A stretch of 9,032 nucleotides of DNA, taken from contig JADGIF010000413.1 in NCBI GenBank assembly GCA_018985225.1, forward strand, positions 1-9,032. Direction: 5' to 3'. Below the pieces are notes generated by a model, which did no database searches, was not told the DNA's origin, and saw nothing but the letters and a program-made list of their open reading frames with translations. Positions 7,351 through 9,032 of the stretch are shown piece after piece. A program made the translations under genes and the position numbers. Source of the stretch: Amoeboradix gromovi X-113. Its lineage: Eukaryota; Fungi; Sanchytriomycota. The stretch's first letter is position 1; every line of letters begins with the position of its first letter.

Positions 7351-8643
7351 TTATCCTGCAAACGATTTACGGATAGCTCTTGCGTGCTCTGGAATTACAA
7401 GAGTTTTTAAGGCACTCTCAAGTTTAGGAAATTTGGTAGTATCAATTTCTCTGGGTGATGGTATACGGACGAGACCCTCAGGTACATCTTTTACAAAGCT
7501 TGTTGCTTTATTTTTTTGGCGAAGCAAAACTTGACGAGCAGGATCTACGAAAATCTTATTTTGTTCCAGTTTCTGCCTGATGTTGTATCTTCGAACAAGG
7601 TTAGGATCATTGAAACTATCTAAAATAACTATGTTAAGTCTTCTTAATGCTTTGTAAGTATACTCGCCACGAGTTATTAAATCCAATAAATCATTCAATT
7701 TAACATCATCGAATTTTAAATTATGGAATGCATTGTACACTGAACTTTTGTAATAATCTAGTGCGTAAACAATTGAATCACTAAAGACTTTGTTATCTCT
7801 TACAATAGAAGGGTTAGATACCGTTGGTTCCTTTACTAATGAAAGCGATCCAATCTTTTCAGCCAACTCATATATACTAGATGTTAACTTTGCTTCCATC
7901 GAAGCTAAAGTATTCTCTCTAGTCAAATCTTTTTGAAATATCGGACTCCGCTTTTGGCCACTATCCCAATCGATATCAAATTGTGCTGCCTTTTCTTGGA
8001 AGGCACTATTAATTTCTAAATTAACATTAACGCCGTTTGCAATCATATCATTATGTATGTTTACCAGCCTTCTCTTACTTCGACCCATGATTTTCTTGTC
8101 AGATTCACTCACAATTATCTTATCAAATACCTCGACGGCTACTTTGGTAAACAATCTATCTAATGTAAAACCGAACAGGCGATTAATATGGAAATCATTT
8201 AGAGGATTATCTAATACATTTTTATGTTTCGAAATAAAGGCTCTCTTGTAATTTTCAACCTTCAGATCCTTGTACTGTAAAGTATGAGTAATCTCAGCTA
8301 GAGGGTCCGGTAAAACTTCGGTATTTAGATCTATGTTAAAATTACGTGATCTACTCACAAACGCTGTCCATATTTTATAATCCAAGGGAATACTGTTTAA
8401 TCGCATTCCATTAATCAATTCCAATAGCTGAGACTTAGTTCTCGCTATCTTAAAAGCATAAAGAATTGTATTCTTAAATTCCCTATCCAGCTTAGAGCCG
8501 TTGATGTTATCTATCTCCAGATAAGGTATTGGTTCTAATCTATAATCGTTATATTCAGAGATTATCCTTTTCTTAAAGTCTTCAGAGTTTTGAGTTCTAT
8601 GCTGCTCTTCAAGTATTGCGAAAATTAATATCACGAGAAGCAT
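7351..8643 (-). CDS. Putative secreted hypothetical protein, 430 aa, with internal tandem domain duplication
   Basis: 1.3-kb open frame in AT-rich DNA; first ATG at 8643 (track start 8646 is GTG); hydrophobic N-terminus MLLVILIFA; two related ~90-100-aa units. Confidence 0.85.
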   Translation of the reverse strand: MLLVILIFAILEEQHRTQNSEDFKKRIISEYNDYRLEPIPYLEIDNINGSKLDREFKNTILYAFKIARTKSQLLELINGMRLNSIPLDYKIWTAFVSRSRNFNIDLNTEVLPDPLAEITHTLQYKDLKVENYKRAFISKHKNVLDNPLNDFHINRLFGFTLDRLFTKVAVEVFDKIIVSESDKKIMGRSKRRLVNIHNDMIANGVNVNLEINSAFQEKAAQFDIDWDSGQKRSPIFQKDLTRENTLASMEAKLTSSIYELAEKIGSLSLVKEPTVSNPSIVRDNKVFSDSIVYALDYYKSSVYNAFHNLKFDDVKLNDLLDLITRGEYTYKALRRLNIVILDSFNDPNLVRRYNIRQKLEQNKIFVDPARQVLLRQKNKATSFVKDVPEGLVRIPSPREIDTTKFPKLESALKTLVIPEHARAIRKSFAG

Positions 8644-9032
8644 CACTTCGCTAGATTTCAGGTTCCCCTTTAAATTTAATTATTAGGAAAAACAGCCTCA
8701 CAGACAAGATCGATCTGACAAATGAAATGCGTCCAAGCTTGAATTCCATTGGAGCTTAACGTGATAGTGATTAGTAGAAGGTGAGAAACATCAGTTTTGA
8801 GTATGGGGTGAGATTAATCCTTTAATACAAATGGGACATCAAATATAAAAACTGGACTAACATTCTGCAACAACTTGGAACATTATTTCAGCTTTATTAC
8901 TTTATGGATTTAAGAGGCGAGTGGACATTCAGCTAGTTGCGGAGTTGAAGAGTATAAAAGGAAAATAAATATTCTGTACAGCTATTGTCTTACTCTTTCA
9001 TCCAATCTTTATTTCAAATAAAATATCACTAT

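Noticed and set aside
1-9032. Alternative genetic code (TAA/TAG = Gln) explaining in-frame stops
   Set aside because: The long ORFs contain no internal TAA/TAG, two end at TAA, and both 7TM paralogs end at TAA at similar positions; internal stops occur only in regions that otherwise look decayed.

Overview
AT-rich, gene-dense, apparently intron-free eukaryotic DNA that looks like an effector/accessory cluster. Hevein (CBM18) domains, plant-type LRRs, RING-H2 domains and an orphan 7TM protein suggest an early-diverging, possibly parasitic fungus or relative (inference; the LRR cap reminds me of sanchytrid-like proteins, unverified). Left to right: a previously uncalled + strand frame (8-211) resembling the C-terminus of a TnpB/Fanzor RNA-guided nuclease (CxxC followed by an RD motif), truncated by the window edge and probably decayed; a hairpin; a decayed - strand ORF; a putatively secreted 510-aa RING-H2 protein; an intact 7TM gene and its pseudogenised tandem paralog; a 138-aa mini RING-H2 protein sharing a recent ~380-bp duplication with the first, whose differences are almost all amino-acid changing and mostly A/G; a putatively secreted 2xCBM18-LRR protein; and a putatively secreted 430-aa orphan with an internal ~100-aa duplication. 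All alignments and counts were done by hand.
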